The position numbers and the translations under genes were made by a program. From Acaryochloris thomasi RCC1774 (lineage in GTDB: Bacteria; Cyanobacteriota; Cyanobacteriia; Thermosynechococcales; Thermosynechococcaceae), in NCBI RefSeq assembly GCF_003231495.1, contig NZ_PQWO01000025.1, positions 22,320 to 54,319 on the forward strand: 32,000 nt of DNA, in the 5' to 3' direction. Within the stretch, counting starts at the first letter, position 1. Every line of letters begins with the position of its first letter. The notes under the pieces were generated by a model. It was given only the letters and a program-made list of their open reading frames with translations, had not been told where the DNA came from and ran no database searches. Below are positions 10,287 through 19,087 of this stretch, one piece after another.

Positions 10287-11162
10287 ATGAAAACCGCCGA
10301 AGCCCTGAAGCGTCAAATCGCCAGCACCCAAGAGTTGCAAACTGTTGCTAAGACCATGAAAGCGCTTGCTGCTGTCAATATTCGCCAGTATGAACAGGCA
10401 GCTATCGCCCTGAAGCAATATAGCCATACGCTCAGAATGGGACGGCAGATTTTTCTGATTAACTACCCTGAAGCCTTAGCTGAGTTACGGCCATCGGTTC
10501 ACCGTCGTCTAGGGGCGGTCATTTTTGGCTCAGATCAGGGGATGTGTGGTCGCTTCAATGAACAGTTAGCTCAATATGTCATTCATGAGTTGAATCGAAT
10601 TTCTTCACAGATGAAGGAGCCGCTTTTGTTGGGGATGGGATCACGGGTTTGCGATCGCATCCAAGAACAAGGCTTCCCTATCGAACGATGTCTATCTGTC
10701 CCCGCTTCCGTAGAGGGGATTACGGCTAAGATACAAACCATTGTTCTGCAGCTCGAACAGTGGCGAACCGCACAACAGGTAGATCAAATTTGGGTGTTCC
10801 ATAACCGAGCCGCGAAAGGCGCAACCTCTACCCCTCGCCAACGGCAGATTTTTCCACTCTCGATTCGAGGATCGCAGCGTCCCTGGTCCTCTCGCTGTCG
10901 TCCAATGGTGTCTCAAAGTCGAGAGCAGCTTTTCTCGGCGTTATTTCGGCAGCACTTCTTTGTCACCCTTTACCGTGCCTGTGCTGAATCGCTTGCCAGC
11001 GAAAATGCTAGTCGCCTCACATCAATGCAGTTAGCTCAGAACAATATTACAGAGCATCTCACTGAGCTGCAGGCCATCTTTCAGCAACAACGTCAGACCA
11101 AGATTACTGAAGAATTGCTCGATATTGTGTCCGGTTTTGAAGCTCTGAACCGACCACATTAA
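10287..11162 (+). CDS. atpG: N-type F-ATPase gamma subunit
   Basis: N-terminal helix (IASTQELQTVAKTMKALAAVNIRQYE) and C-terminal helix (ASENASRLTSMQLAQNNI...ITEELLDIVSG) typical of gamma. A GGGGAG SD lies upstream. Last gene of the operon. Confidence 0.88.
   Translation: MKTAEALKRQIASTQELQTVAKTMKALAAVNIRQYEQAAIALKQYSHTLRMGRQIFLINYPEALAELRPSVHRRLGAVIFGSDQGMCGRFNEQLAQYVIHELNRISSQMKEPLLLGMGSRVCDRIQEQGFPIERCLSVPASVEGITAKIQTIVLQLEQWRTAQQVDQIWVFHNRAAKGATSTPRQRQIFPLSIRGSQRPWSSRCRPMVSQSREQLFSALFRQHFFVTLYRACAESLASENASRLTSMQLAQNNITEHLTELQAIFQQQRQTKITEELLDIVSGFEALNRPH
10651..10658. repeat. HIP1 octamer GCGATCGC
   Basis: Perfect match read directly. Confidence 0.95.
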
Positions 11163-11188
11163 CCGCGAACTTAAAGTTCATAACTGAC

Positions 11189-11755
11189 TCAACTTCCTGT
11201 ACAAAGAATATCGGCACAGGTGGCCACTGTCTGCCATTCTTGAATGACCAGAGCCGGAATCGTCAGCTTGACTGTCTTCTCATCTTCAGTTGAGATTGCC
11301 GAAGGCCATTCGGCAGCTATCGAAAGCTCTAGAGGCCCATTCAACTCAGACACAATTGGCTTGAGGTCATACTGATTAATATTTGGGGCTAGAGGGCGAT
11401 CTATGTACAGTGATTCTGGAACGCTGACTGCCTCTAGAGTGTTTCCATGAGACGGGATGAGGGTGAGTGGTTGTTCATGATCGACACTCACTCTATCAGT
11501 GGGTCCTGCAAGCTGCAAAGATATTGTAGGTGGACTGGCAAAACCTGTGTGTTTTGAGACAACGACCTCCCAAGAATACCCTTGCTGATCCCGCAGTGTT
11601 TGCTGTGACTGATAAAGCATCTGGCCTTGACTTTCTCGGGTCAGAGTGACGGCAGCAACGGCAGGCGTGAGTGTTCCTATGCTCAAGACTAGCAGCAATG
11701 CTAAAGCACTTGTCAGCAAAAACCAGAAAGCACCTGTGCGGGTCCAATTTCTCAT
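11189..11755 (-). CDS. hypothetical exported/membrane-anchored protein (N-terminal signal-anchor; resembles a cyanobacterial DUF3122-type protein)
   Basis: 188 aa ORF with a hydrophobic N-terminus (FWFLLTSALALLLVLSIGTL...AVAA). Convergent with atpG. The family name is from memory only. Confidence 0.6.
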   Translation of the reverse strand: MRNWTRTGAFWFLLTSALALLLVLSIGTLTPAVAAVTLTRESQGQMLYQSQQTLRDQQGYSWEVVVSKHTGFASPPTISLQLAGPTDRVSVDHEQPLTLIPSHGNTLEAVSVPESLYIDRPLAPNINQYDLKPIVSELNGPLELSIAAEWPSAISTEDEKTVKLTIPALVIQEWQTVATCADILCTGS

Positions 11756-11780
11756 TTTGTTTGTTTTAGCATTCTAAACA

Positions 11781-11990
11781 TCACAAAGTCTTGCACGACC
11801 GACTCCAGCAGCGCTCTAAGAAGATTCGCTGTTTCTCTGCCTCGTGCTCTTTCGTAAAACAACGCTCTAATAGCTGTTTGCTATAAGTTTTAGAGAATTT
11901 GAATGGATTCATGACGGTTTCATCTTGAAAAAGAGGCTGATTCAGATACACCCATACCGTCTTCATCAGCCTCAGAACTGGATTTCCCAT
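11781..11990 (-). CDS. small hypothetical protein (69 aa)
   Basis: ATG preceded by a perfect AGGAGG 8 nt upstream on the minus strand (plus-strand cctcct at 12000-12005). No recognisable domain. Confidence 0.5.
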   Translation of the reverse strand: MGNPVLRLMKTVWVYLNQPLFQDETVMNPFKFSKTYSKQLLERCFTKEHEAEKQRIFLERCWSRSCKTL

Positions 11991-12039
11991 GACTAAGACC
12001 TCCTATTTGTTAACTCTTCTATCTGTGACTTCGCGCAGG

Positions 12040-12450
12040 CTAGCTCATGGCTGCAGCGCTGCGATCGTAGGTGGCTCGAAAGCTGGGATGGACTTTCCCT
12101 TGAATGTGATTCCAGTATTGGGTGGGGTCAGCCACCATGTGAATGTCAGCCGTCAAACGACCTAACATGCTTTGCTGGCGCTGCTTAATGGCTCGATGAT
12201 GGTTCATCATCAACCAGCGGGCTTCATCGGTGGCGGACTTACATCCAGCCGCTGCGGGCTGCTTTTGACCTGCCGTGCGATACTCAACACCCCGATAGGT
12301 TAGGTCAGCCTCAGGTTTGGTTACTGGGAACTCATGGAGGATATGGCGTGGGAATGCTACGCCTCGATATTTACCTGCTTCCTTTTGCTTGCCATAGTTG
12401 ACGTCTGGAGGTGTGTAGTCGTAGGTGACACCTCGATATTTGAGTTGCAT
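12040..12450 (-). CDS. DUF4278-like protein (MQLKYRGVTY N-terminus, three YRGV motifs)
   Basis: I prefer the start at ATG 12450, which has AAGGAG upstream, over the track start at 12477. The N-terminal M-x-L-x-YRGV-x-Y and the repeated YRGV match what I remember of cyanobacterial DUF4278. Confidence 0.7.
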   Translation of the reverse strand: MQLKYRGVTYDYTPPDVNYGKQKEAGKYRGVAFPRHILHEFPVTKPEADLTYRGVEYRTAGQKQPAAAGCKSATDEARWLMMNHHRAIKQRQQSMLGRLTADIHMVADPTQYWNHIQGKVHPSFRATYDRSAAAMS

Positions 12451-12545
12451 TGTCTCATCTCCTTTCGCAGAGTACATTGAGTCTCTACCTTGACTGTAGG
12501 CTGATCATCTGAGGACTTTATGAAGGCTATTCAGGCTTGATGCTC

Positions 12546-12561
12546 CTCACAAGATCCTCAA
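12546..12561 (+). promoter_or_regulatory. recurrent intergenic box, copy B (divergent region between the DUF4278-like gene and the hybrid response regulator)
   Basis: CTCACAAGATCCTCAA, about 147 nt upstream of GTG 12708. Confidence 0.35.
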
Positions 12562-12707
12562 CTTCCTGGCTTATTTTGAAATCTACCTGATGACCAAGCC
12601 ATGAAAGACCAAGATTTAAGGATCTCTGGACTGTTGGTAAAACGTTTTATGGGTAATCTGAAAGATCAAGCTTGAATCTATTACCCCAGCAGCGATGGAG
12701 ACCTCCT

Positions 12708-15056
12708 GTGAGAATTCTAATTGTCGAGGATGATGCGTTAACCGCTGAAGCTCTGAAAACCTTGTTTACAGATCAGAACTATGCGGTTGAACTGACCGCC
12801 GATGGTCATACGGCTGCCGATCTGGTGGAGGCGTTTGAGTATGACCTGATTCTGTCAGATGTGATGCTGCCGGGGTTAGATGGTGTGAGTCTATGTCGTC
12901 AGTTGAGATCGCAAGGTCACAGAACCCCCATCCTGCTCCTCACTGGCAAAGACAACGGCCACGACAAAGCGGTGGGTCTCGATGCCGGAGCCGACGATTA
13001 CGTCGTCAAGCCCTTCGATCCTGAAGAACTTGCAGCTCGCGTGCGTGCGCTCCTGCGTCGAGGGGAACAAACAATTCTTCCTATCCTGGAATGGGAAGCG
13101 GTGAGGCTGGATCCTAAAGCTTGTGAAGTCCGCTATAACGACTCTCTTCTGCAGTTGACGCCCAAGGAATATGGACTTTTAGAACTGTTAATGCGGAATA
13201 ATCGCCGGGTCTTTAGCTGCGGTATGGTCCTAGAACATCTATGGGCCTACGAAGATATCCCTGGCGAAGATGCAGTGAGAACCCACATCAAGGGGCTGCG
13301 GCAAAAGTTGAAAGCAGCCGGTGCGCCCACTGATTTGATTGAGACCGTTTACGGGATTGGGTATCGTTTGAAGCCCCTAGCAGATTTGGCAAAATCCCAA
13401 ACGGTACCTGTTGCCGAAACTCCAGTTCACCAGCAGACCTTAAACGCCATTGCCGACATCTGGGTTAAGTTTCAGCCCCGCGTCAGCAAGCAGGTGGGGG
13501 TTCTAGAAGAGGCTGCTACTGCTCTAGATCACGGCTCCCTTAATCCCCAGCTACACCAAAAAGCTCGGCAGGAAGCTCACACACTTGCGGGAGGGTTGGG
13601 AACCTTTGGTCTTCCAGAAGGATCTCGGGTTGCTCGCAATATTGAGCGTCTATTGAAGGCTGATACAGCTCTTACTAAGACTCAAGTGCTTCAGTTGCAG
13701 CAAGATGTTGCTGCGCTCCGCCAGGAAGTTGACTGTGCAGATCATCACCCGCAGGTTGCTCCGATGAAGAGCGATGAGCAGTCCGTTGTTTTGATTGTCG
13801 ATTGCGATCTCATCTCCCTTAAGTCCTTAACCAATGAAGCCCAACAGCGGCAAATTCGCTGTCAGACCGCTACGAGTATCACATTAGCGAGAGATCAAAT
13901 TCAGCGGCAGCATCCGAGTCTAGTCCTCTATGAACCTGCGGCGGCTGAAAGCGAAGCACAAAGCTCAGCCTTTCTCCTAACGCTCTCTCAACAAAGCCCC
14001 CCGGTGCCCGTCTTGATTTTCACTTCAGAAGAGAGCTTCTCTGATCGCATTACAGCCGCCCGTCTGGGAGGGCAGGCCTACCTATCAAAATCGCTTCCCA
14101 CAGAGCAAGTGTGGGATCGGGTCGAACATACACTCCAGTCAGCGGGGCTGATTGAAGCTCAAGTCATGATTGTAGATGATGATCCTAAAATTCTGGAGGC
14201 TGTGGCTGCGCTCCTCAAACCTTGGGGGCTTGCTGTAACGACGCTGAAAGATCCTAGTCAATTTTGGGAGACCCTGACCGCTTGCTCCCCAGATCTTTTA
14301 GTTCTAGACGTTGAAATGCCTCAAATTAGCGGGGTAGACCTGTGCAAAGTGGTACGAAACGATCCGCAGTGGGAGCAGTTACCCATCATCTTTTTGACCG
14401 CTCACACTGAGCCTGAGACGGTTAACCAGGTTTATGTTGTGGGAGCCGATGATTTTGTCAGTAAGCCCATTGTGGGGCCAGAGCTGGTGGTCCGCATTCT
14501 CAATCGTCTAGAGCGCTCTAGACTGCAGCAACAGATCTCTGAGACTGACCCTGTGACTCAAGTGCTGAATCGAAAAGAGTCTATACAAACCCTAGAAAAT
14601 CTATTGAACGAAGTGAAGCATCAACCGCTATGTCTGATTATGCTAGAGGTTGAGCGAATTCAACAGATCAATGATTGCTTTGGTTTCGAGACGGGTGATC
14701 AGATTCTAAAACATGTGACTCAATGCATCCTGCAGTCTAAGGCTGCTGGAGATGTAGTGGTTCGCAAAAGCGGAACACATTTTGTTGTGGGACTGCGGGG
14801 TCTGACAAAAACAGAGGGTCGCCAGTGGTTTCATGCTCTCATGACCCTCATTGACCACAGGACTTTTAATGCGCCTGATCACACCCCGCTGCAGATTACC
14901 TGTAGTGCTGGTATTGCCCAGTATCCTGATCATGCCCAGTATCCTGATCAGGGGACTGAGCTGCAGCGTCTCTTTTGCATCGCAGAGACCGCAAAGGCGA
15001 GAGGCTGGGGGCAAGTACATTCTGTTCAGCCCCTGACTACAACAAAGGGAGGTTAA
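12708..15056 (+). CDS. multidomain response regulator: REC - OmpR-type winged helix - HPt-like - pseudo-receiver - REC - degenerate GGDEF
   Basis: Numbering is from the track start at 12672.
- REC1: DD19-20, D63, T91, K113.
- Trans_reg_C-like wHTH: LTPKEYGLLELL...GIGYRL.
- HPt-like: EAH303TLAGGLGTFG.
- Receiver-like segment lacking the acceptor Asp: LVLYE421.
- Intact REC: DDD501-503, D546, T576, K598.
- GGDEF-fold domain with SGTHF (aa 700-704) in place of GGDEF.
The likely start is GTG 12708 (MRILIVEDD) with GGAG 8 nt upstream; the track start is TTG 12672. Confidence 0.85.
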   Translation: MRILIVEDDALTAEALKTLFTDQNYAVELTADGHTAADLVEAFEYDLILSDVMLPGLDGVSLCRQLRSQGHRTPILLLTGKDNGHDKAVGLDAGADDYVVKPFDPEELAARVRALLRRGEQTILPILEWEAVRLDPKACEVRYNDSLLQLTPKEYGLLELLMRNNRRVFSCGMVLEHLWAYEDIPGEDAVRTHIKGLRQKLKAAGAPTDLIETVYGIGYRLKPLADLAKSQTVPVAETPVHQQTLNAIADIWVKFQPRVSKQVGVLEEAATALDHGSLNPQLHQKARQEAHTLAGGLGTFGLPEGSRVARNIERLLKADTALTKTQVLQLQQDVAALRQEVDCADHHPQVAPMKSDEQSVVLIVDCDLISLKSLTNEAQQRQIRCQTATSITLARDQIQRQHPSLVLYEPAAAESEAQSSAFLLTLSQQSPPVPVLIFTSEESFSDRITAARLGGQAYLSKSLPTEQVWDRVEHTLQSAGLIEAQVMIVDDDPKILEAVAALLKPWGLAVTTLKDPSQFWETLTACSPDLLVLDVEMPQISGVDLCKVVRNDPQWEQLPIIFLTAHTEPETVNQVYVVGADDFVSKPIVGPELVVRILNRLERSRLQQQISETDPVTQVLNRKESIQTLENLLNEVKHQPLCLIMLEVERIQQINDCFGFETGDQILKHVTQCILQSKAAGDVVVRKSGTHFVVGLRGLTKTEGRQWFHALMTLIDHRTFNAPDHTPLQITCSAGIAQYPDHAQYPDQGTELQRLFCIAETAKARGWGQVHSVQPLTTTKGG
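14916..14951 (+). repeat. 18-bp tandem duplication (17/18 identical) within the GGDEF-like domain coding region
   Basis: gcccagtatcctgatcat followed by gcccagtatcctgatcag, encoding AQYPDH-AQYPDQ. Confidence 0.95.
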
Positions 15057-15060
15057 TGAG

Positions 15061-17604
15061 ATGGCTGCTTCTATTTCACTTAACCTCCAGGAAGCGGTCT
15101 TGGAAACCATGGATGCCTTGCTTGTGGTTTTAGATCGGCAAGGACGGATTGTTCAATTCAATCGGGCCTGCGAGAAAACAACGGGCTATTCCTTTGTTGA
15201 GGTGGAAGGTAAAGCCGTTTGGGATGTGCTGTTAGTTCCTGAAGAACGTGAGTCGGTCAAAGCCGTCTTTACAGAGCTGGAAAACAAGAAATATGCTAGC
15301 CGAAATGAGAATTATTGGGTGAGTAAAACGGGGCAGCGGCATTTGATTGCCTGGTCAAATACGATGTTGCTTGACACGCAAAACGATGTGGAATATATCA
15401 TTGGGACCGGCATTGATATTACCGAACGTCGTCAAAGTGAAATCGCCCTTCAACAGCAGGTCAGGTATGAACAACTTTTAAGTGAGATTGCAGCACATAT
15501 CCGTCAGTCCCTGGACTTGAATGAAGTTCTCAACACGACCGTCACTGAGGTGCAGCGGGTCTTAGACACAGATCGCGTCTTGATTTTTCGGTTTGAGCCT
15601 AATTGGAACGGCAAGGTTCTCGTTGAGTCCCTGGGGTCGCAGACTTGGATGTCAGCGCTAGGGATGCAAATTCATGATCCTTGCTTTGCCAAAACCTACG
15701 TTGAACCCTATCGAAAGGGACGAATTTTCAGTATTGAAGACATTCATCAGGCTGGTTTGTCTCCCTGCCTGGTGGAGCTACTCGATCAGTTTCAAGTCCA
15801 GGCCAACCTTGTCGTTCCGATTCTGCAAGGGGATCAGCTCTGGGGGCTGTTGGTTGCTCACCATTGTTCTTCTCCCCGACAGTGGCAGCAGCAAGATATT
15901 AACCTGCTCACTCGACTGGCGACTCAACTTGCGATCGCAATCCAGCAGTCTGAACTCTACCAACAACTGCAGACTGAGCTGACCGAACGTGAGCAAGTGG
16001 AAGTCGTTCTTCAGGAAGCTCGTAAAAATCTCGAAAGCAAAGTCACAGAACGCACCACCGAACTGATCAGCGTCAATCAGCAGCTCAACCTAGAACTCAT
16101 AGAGCGTCGCGAAGCCGAAAAAGCGCTGCAGGTCTCCCAAGACCGCTTTGCAGGCATTCTCGAAATTGCTGATGATGCCATCATTTCCATTGATGCTGAG
16201 CAAAATATTACCCTTTTCAACCAAGGCGCTGAGCGAACGTTTGGCTATGCCGCAATCGATATCCTCGGTCAGTCCCTCGATCTGCTGCTGCCCTTCCAGT
16301 CGGCTCAGAACCATCGTCAGCAGGTTGAGAAGTATAGTCTGTCTTCCCAGCCATCCCGAGAAATGGGGGAGCGACGGGAAGTCTATGGTCGTCGCCAGGA
16401 CGGTAGCGAGTTCCCTGCTGAAGCCTCAATTTCTAAACTTGAACTGGAATCAGAAACGATTTACACCGTTATCCTGCGCGATATTTCGCAGCGGAAGCAG
16501 GACCAGGAAAATCTAGAGCAGTTGAGTCATCAAAATGAACTCATTCTTAATGCCATTGATGAAGGACTTTGCGGCTTGAACCGGCAGGGCCAGTTCACCT
16601 TCGTCAATGCCGCCGCAGAACGCTACCTAGGATACGCTGCTGCTAACTTGATTGATCAGCCCATTGAGCGGTTGTTACCCGACACCCATGTACCGGATGC
16701 TTTAGCTTCGGTTTATGCCTCAATGAAAACGGGAACCATTGAGACCATCCAGAACGCAACCTTTTGCCATAAAAATCAGTCCTGTTTCCCTGTAGAGTAC
16801 CTCGCGACCCCCATTCAGGAACGAGGAGAGATTGTCGGCGCTGTGATCACCTTTAGAGATATTAGCGATCGTCAGGTGATGGAGCGATTGAAGGATGAGT
16901 TTATCTCTATCGTCAGTCACGAGCTGCGTACCCCCCTGACCTCCATTCACGGTTCACTGCAGATGATGGCGAGCGGGATGCTCAGTACTCAACCGGAGAA
17001 GAGTCAGCGGTTGCTCAAGATTGCAGCAGAAAGCACCAATCGTTTGGTGCGATTGATTAACGACATCCTTGACGTGGAACGGATCGAGTCAGGACATGTG
17101 AGAATGGCTTTCCAGATCTATAATGCTGCCGAGTTGATGACTCAAGCCGCCAACACTATGCAAGGGATGGCTGACAGCATGGGTATTTCCTTGTCTGTGA
17201 CTCCTCTGACGGTTGATCTTTGGGCCGACCCAGACCGCATTCTGCAAACCTTCACGAACTTACTGAGTAACGCCATCAAATTTTCAGAGGCGGGGAGTAC
17301 CGTTTGGCTAAACGCCAAGCGTATAGAACCGCAACGAGCGGGCGATCAATCTTGGGTTCGCTTCAGTGTTAAAGATCAGGGCCGAGGGATTCCCGAAGAC
17401 AAAATAGACCTAGTTTTTGAACGGTTTCAGCAGGCCGATTCCTCAGACACCCGTAACTACGAAGGGACAGGTTTAGGTTTAGCAATCTGCCGCAGTGTTG
17501 TGCAGCAACACTGCGGGCAAATCTGGGTCGAGAGTCAGTTTGGGCAAGGCAGCACCTTCTACTTTACGATTCCTGAGTCTTCTTCAGCGTCAGTGAGTGA
17601 GTGA
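15061..17604 (+). CDS. sensor histidine kinase: PAS - GAF (phytochrome/CBCR-like) - coiled coil - PAS - PAS - HisKA - HATPase_c
   Basis: H-box SHELRTPLTSI, N-box LLSNAIKFS, G1 DQGRGI, G2 GTGLGL. The GAF domain has DRVLIFRF...LWGLLVAHHC. A GGGAGG SD lies upstream, 4 nt after the stop of the preceding gene. Confidence 0.92.
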   Translation: MAASISLNLQEAVLETMDALLVVLDRQGRIVQFNRACEKTTGYSFVEVEGKAVWDVLLVPEERESVKAVFTELENKKYASRNENYWVSKTGQRHLIAWSNTMLLDTQNDVEYIIGTGIDITERRQSEIALQQQVRYEQLLSEIAAHIRQSLDLNEVLNTTVTEVQRVLDTDRVLIFRFEPNWNGKVLVESLGSQTWMSALGMQIHDPCFAKTYVEPYRKGRIFSIEDIHQAGLSPCLVELLDQFQVQANLVVPILQGDQLWGLLVAHHCSSPRQWQQQDINLLTRLATQLAIAIQQSELYQQLQTELTEREQVEVVLQEARKNLESKVTERTTELISVNQQLNLELIERREAEKALQVSQDRFAGILEIADDAIISIDAEQNITLFNQGAERTFGYAAIDILGQSLDLLLPFQSAQNHRQQVEKYSLSSQPSREMGERREVYGRRQDGSEFPAEASISKLELESETIYTVILRDISQRKQDQENLEQLSHQNELILNAIDEGLCGLNRQGQFTFVNAAAERYLGYAAANLIDQPIERLLPDTHVPDALASVYASMKTGTIETIQNATFCHKNQSCFPVEYLATPIQERGEIVGAVITFRDISDRQVMERLKDEFISIVSHELRTPLTSIHGSLQMMASGMLSTQPEKSQRLLKIAAESTNRLVRLINDILDVERIESGHVRMAFQIYNAAELMTQAANTMQGMADSMGISLSVTPLTVDLWADPDRILQTFTNLLSNAIKFSEAGSTVWLNAKRIEPQRAGDQSWVRFSVKDQGRGIPEDKIDLVFERFQQADSSDTRNYEGTGLGLAICRSVVQQHCGQIWVESQFGQGSTFYFTIPESSSASVSE
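15931..15938. repeat. HIP1 octamer GCGATCGC
   Basis: Perfect match read directly. Confidence 0.95.
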
Positions 17605-17608
17605 TTCC

Positions 17609-17989
17609 ATGTCTACCAAACGAGTCCTGGTGATTGATGACGAACGCTATATCCAAGAGATCATCCAAATTGCTCTTGAAACAATTAGTGGCTGGCAAGT
17701 GGTGACAGCCAACTCTGGCTTAGAAGGGTTAGACATGGCTGAGCAAAAACAGCCCGACGCCATTCTTTTGGATGTGATGATGCCTGACATAGATGGGTTA
17801 ACCACATTTAAGAAGCTACAGGCGAATCCAGCTACACAGTCTATCCCTGTTATTTTACTGACGGCAAAGGTTCAGGCCGCCGATCAAGGGCGGTATCAGG
17901 ACTTGGGAGTGAAGGCCACAATCTCTAAACCCTTCGACCCTCTGCAGTTGCCGGACCAGATATCTACACTGCTGGATTGGACTGCATAG
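17609..17989 (+). CDS. single-domain (CheY-like) response regulator
   Basis: VLVIDDE, phospho-acceptor ILLDVMMPDIDG, LLTAK and SKPF motifs. Start is either ATG 17609 (4 nt after the kinase stop) or GTG 17597 (8 nt overlap). Confidence 0.9.
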   Translation: MSTKRVLVIDDERYIQEIIQIALETISGWQVVTANSGLEGLDMAEQKQPDAILLDVMMPDIDGLTTFKKLQANPATQSIPVILLTAKVQAADQGRYQDLGVKATISKPFDPLQLPDQISTLLDWTA

Positions 17990-18050
17990 AGTTGAGACTG
18001 CTTACCGTTCTCCTATTTTTTTGCCGAGTGGATGGCGAAGAATACATTCT

Positions 18051-18080
18051 CCTTCACAGCTTCCACAGATTTATCGGTTA
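18051..18080 (+). promoter_or_regulatory. recurrent intergenic box, copy F (upstream of the DUF1830-like gene)
   Basis: CCTTCACAGCTTCCACAGATTTATCGGTTA aligns with copy A over about 27 nt with one indel, including the trailing TTATCGGTT. Confidence 0.35.
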
Positions 18081-18210
18081 GTCTCTCCTGTATCCGTGAG
18101 GAGCTGGCTTCAGGCAAGATGTGAAGGACTGCAGAAGCGCTCAATCGCCAATGGAGCAAGTCGCAGTGATATCTCTACTGACTTCAAAGACCGCAAGTTA
18201 TTCGGGTGGA

Positions 18211-18438
18211 ATGAAGCAAGCTACGAAAACAGTGTGTCGCTATATCAACCATACACGGCAGTTTCAGATTGTCCGAATTGCAAATGTCTCTGACACCTTT
18301 TTTGAGCGGACTGTCTTGCCTGGACATCAAGTTGTATTCGAAGCTGACTTTGATGCTGAACTAGAGGTTCATACCTATGAGATCGCAACGGCTATTTTGA
18401 CGGCGAGAATTAGTTGCGATCGCTTAGCGTCGATCTAA
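18211..18438 (+). CDS. DUF1830-like small cyanobacterial protein
   Basis: CRYINHTRQFQIVRIANVSDTFFERTVLPGHQVVFEA...LEVHT matches the DUF1830 pattern (C-Y-x-N...FERVV-PG) as I recall it. ATG 18211 is preferred over the GTG at 18121. Confidence 0.75.
   Translation: MKQATKTVCRYINHTRQFQIVRIANVSDTFFERTVLPGHQVVFEADFDAELEVHTYEIATAILTARISCDRLASI
18416..18423. repeat. HIP1 octamer GCGATCGC
   Basis: Perfect match read directly. Confidence 0.95.
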
Positions 18439-18651
18439 AACCCTCACTTTCCGTAAGTCAATAGCTGCTCTCACTCGTTAGTGTAAATGCTGAAACCCTA
18501 TCGATAAAAGCTCAGTATAGATGCATAACTCTTCATCATGAAATTTGTAACGGATTCTTCTGTTGGATTGAATGCAGCTATCAGTAGTATGGAGCAGCTT
18601 TCTTTTCTGCACTTTTCAAAGACAGATTCTGAGCTATCAAGGATGACTTAA

Positions 18652-18900
18652 ATGTTTTTGTTTCGCTCTAGCAAAAAAGATACGCTCTGGTGGCTGGAAA
18701 TTGAAACCCAAACGCCCAAATGCACTTACTATTTCGGCCCCTTCGACAGTGCAAAGGAAGCTAGGCATCATAGAGCTGGGTACGTCGATGACTTACGAAA
18801 TGAACAGGCTGTAGGACTCGTGACAAAAATCAAGAGATGGCAAACCGAAACATTGACCATCTTTGATGAAGAGAAATTAACGCTAAAACCTCATCTATAG
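18652..18900 (+). CDS. DUF1816-like small cyanobacterial protein
   Basis: WWLEIETQTPKCTYYFGPFDSAKEA...GYVDDL matches the DUF1816 signature (WW-x-I...P-C-TYYFGPF) as I recall it. Confidence 0.75.
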   Translation: MFLFRSSKKDTLWWLEIETQTPKCTYYFGPFDSAKEARHHRAGYVDDLRNEQAVGLVTKIKRWQTETLTIFDEEKLTLKPHL

Positions 18901-19071
18901 AAAGGGATATGCATTGATTCTATTCCAGATTTTAATGGAAGTCTGCTTGTCAGATTTTAGGTTTTCCTATGTGCACTTTTGAATAAATTTTTAGAGACTT
19001 CCGATTGATTATTTCATGCTGCTCTTGCACTACCGAAATGGTTTGATGCCAAACGATTCAAGCCGTTCTCC

Positions 19072-19087
19072 CTCACAAGTTCCTCAA
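19072..19087 (+). promoter_or_regulatory. recurrent intergenic box, copy C (upstream of ppsA-usp-hoxEF)
   Basis: CTCACAAGTTCCTCAA, 85 nt upstream of ATG 19172. Confidence 0.4.

Noticed and set aside
11163-11188. GAACTTAAAGTTC palindrome between the convergent atpG and the 11189-11755 gene, as a bidirectional terminator
   Set aside because: With a realistic loop the stem is only 4-6 bp, and there is no U-tract. That is too weak to call.
12550-12600. 16-codon mini-ORF (MLLTRSSTSWLILKST) that contains box copy B
   Set aside because: The other box copies are not embedded in ORFs with an ATG, so the box is unlikely to be a coding feature.
18021-18293. 90-aa ORF, and the long version (from GTG 18121) of the DUF1830-like gene
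   Set aside because: The conserved DUF1830-like core starts just after ATG 18211. The upstream part has no conservation-like features and contains copy F of the intergenic box, so I treat it as non-coding leader.
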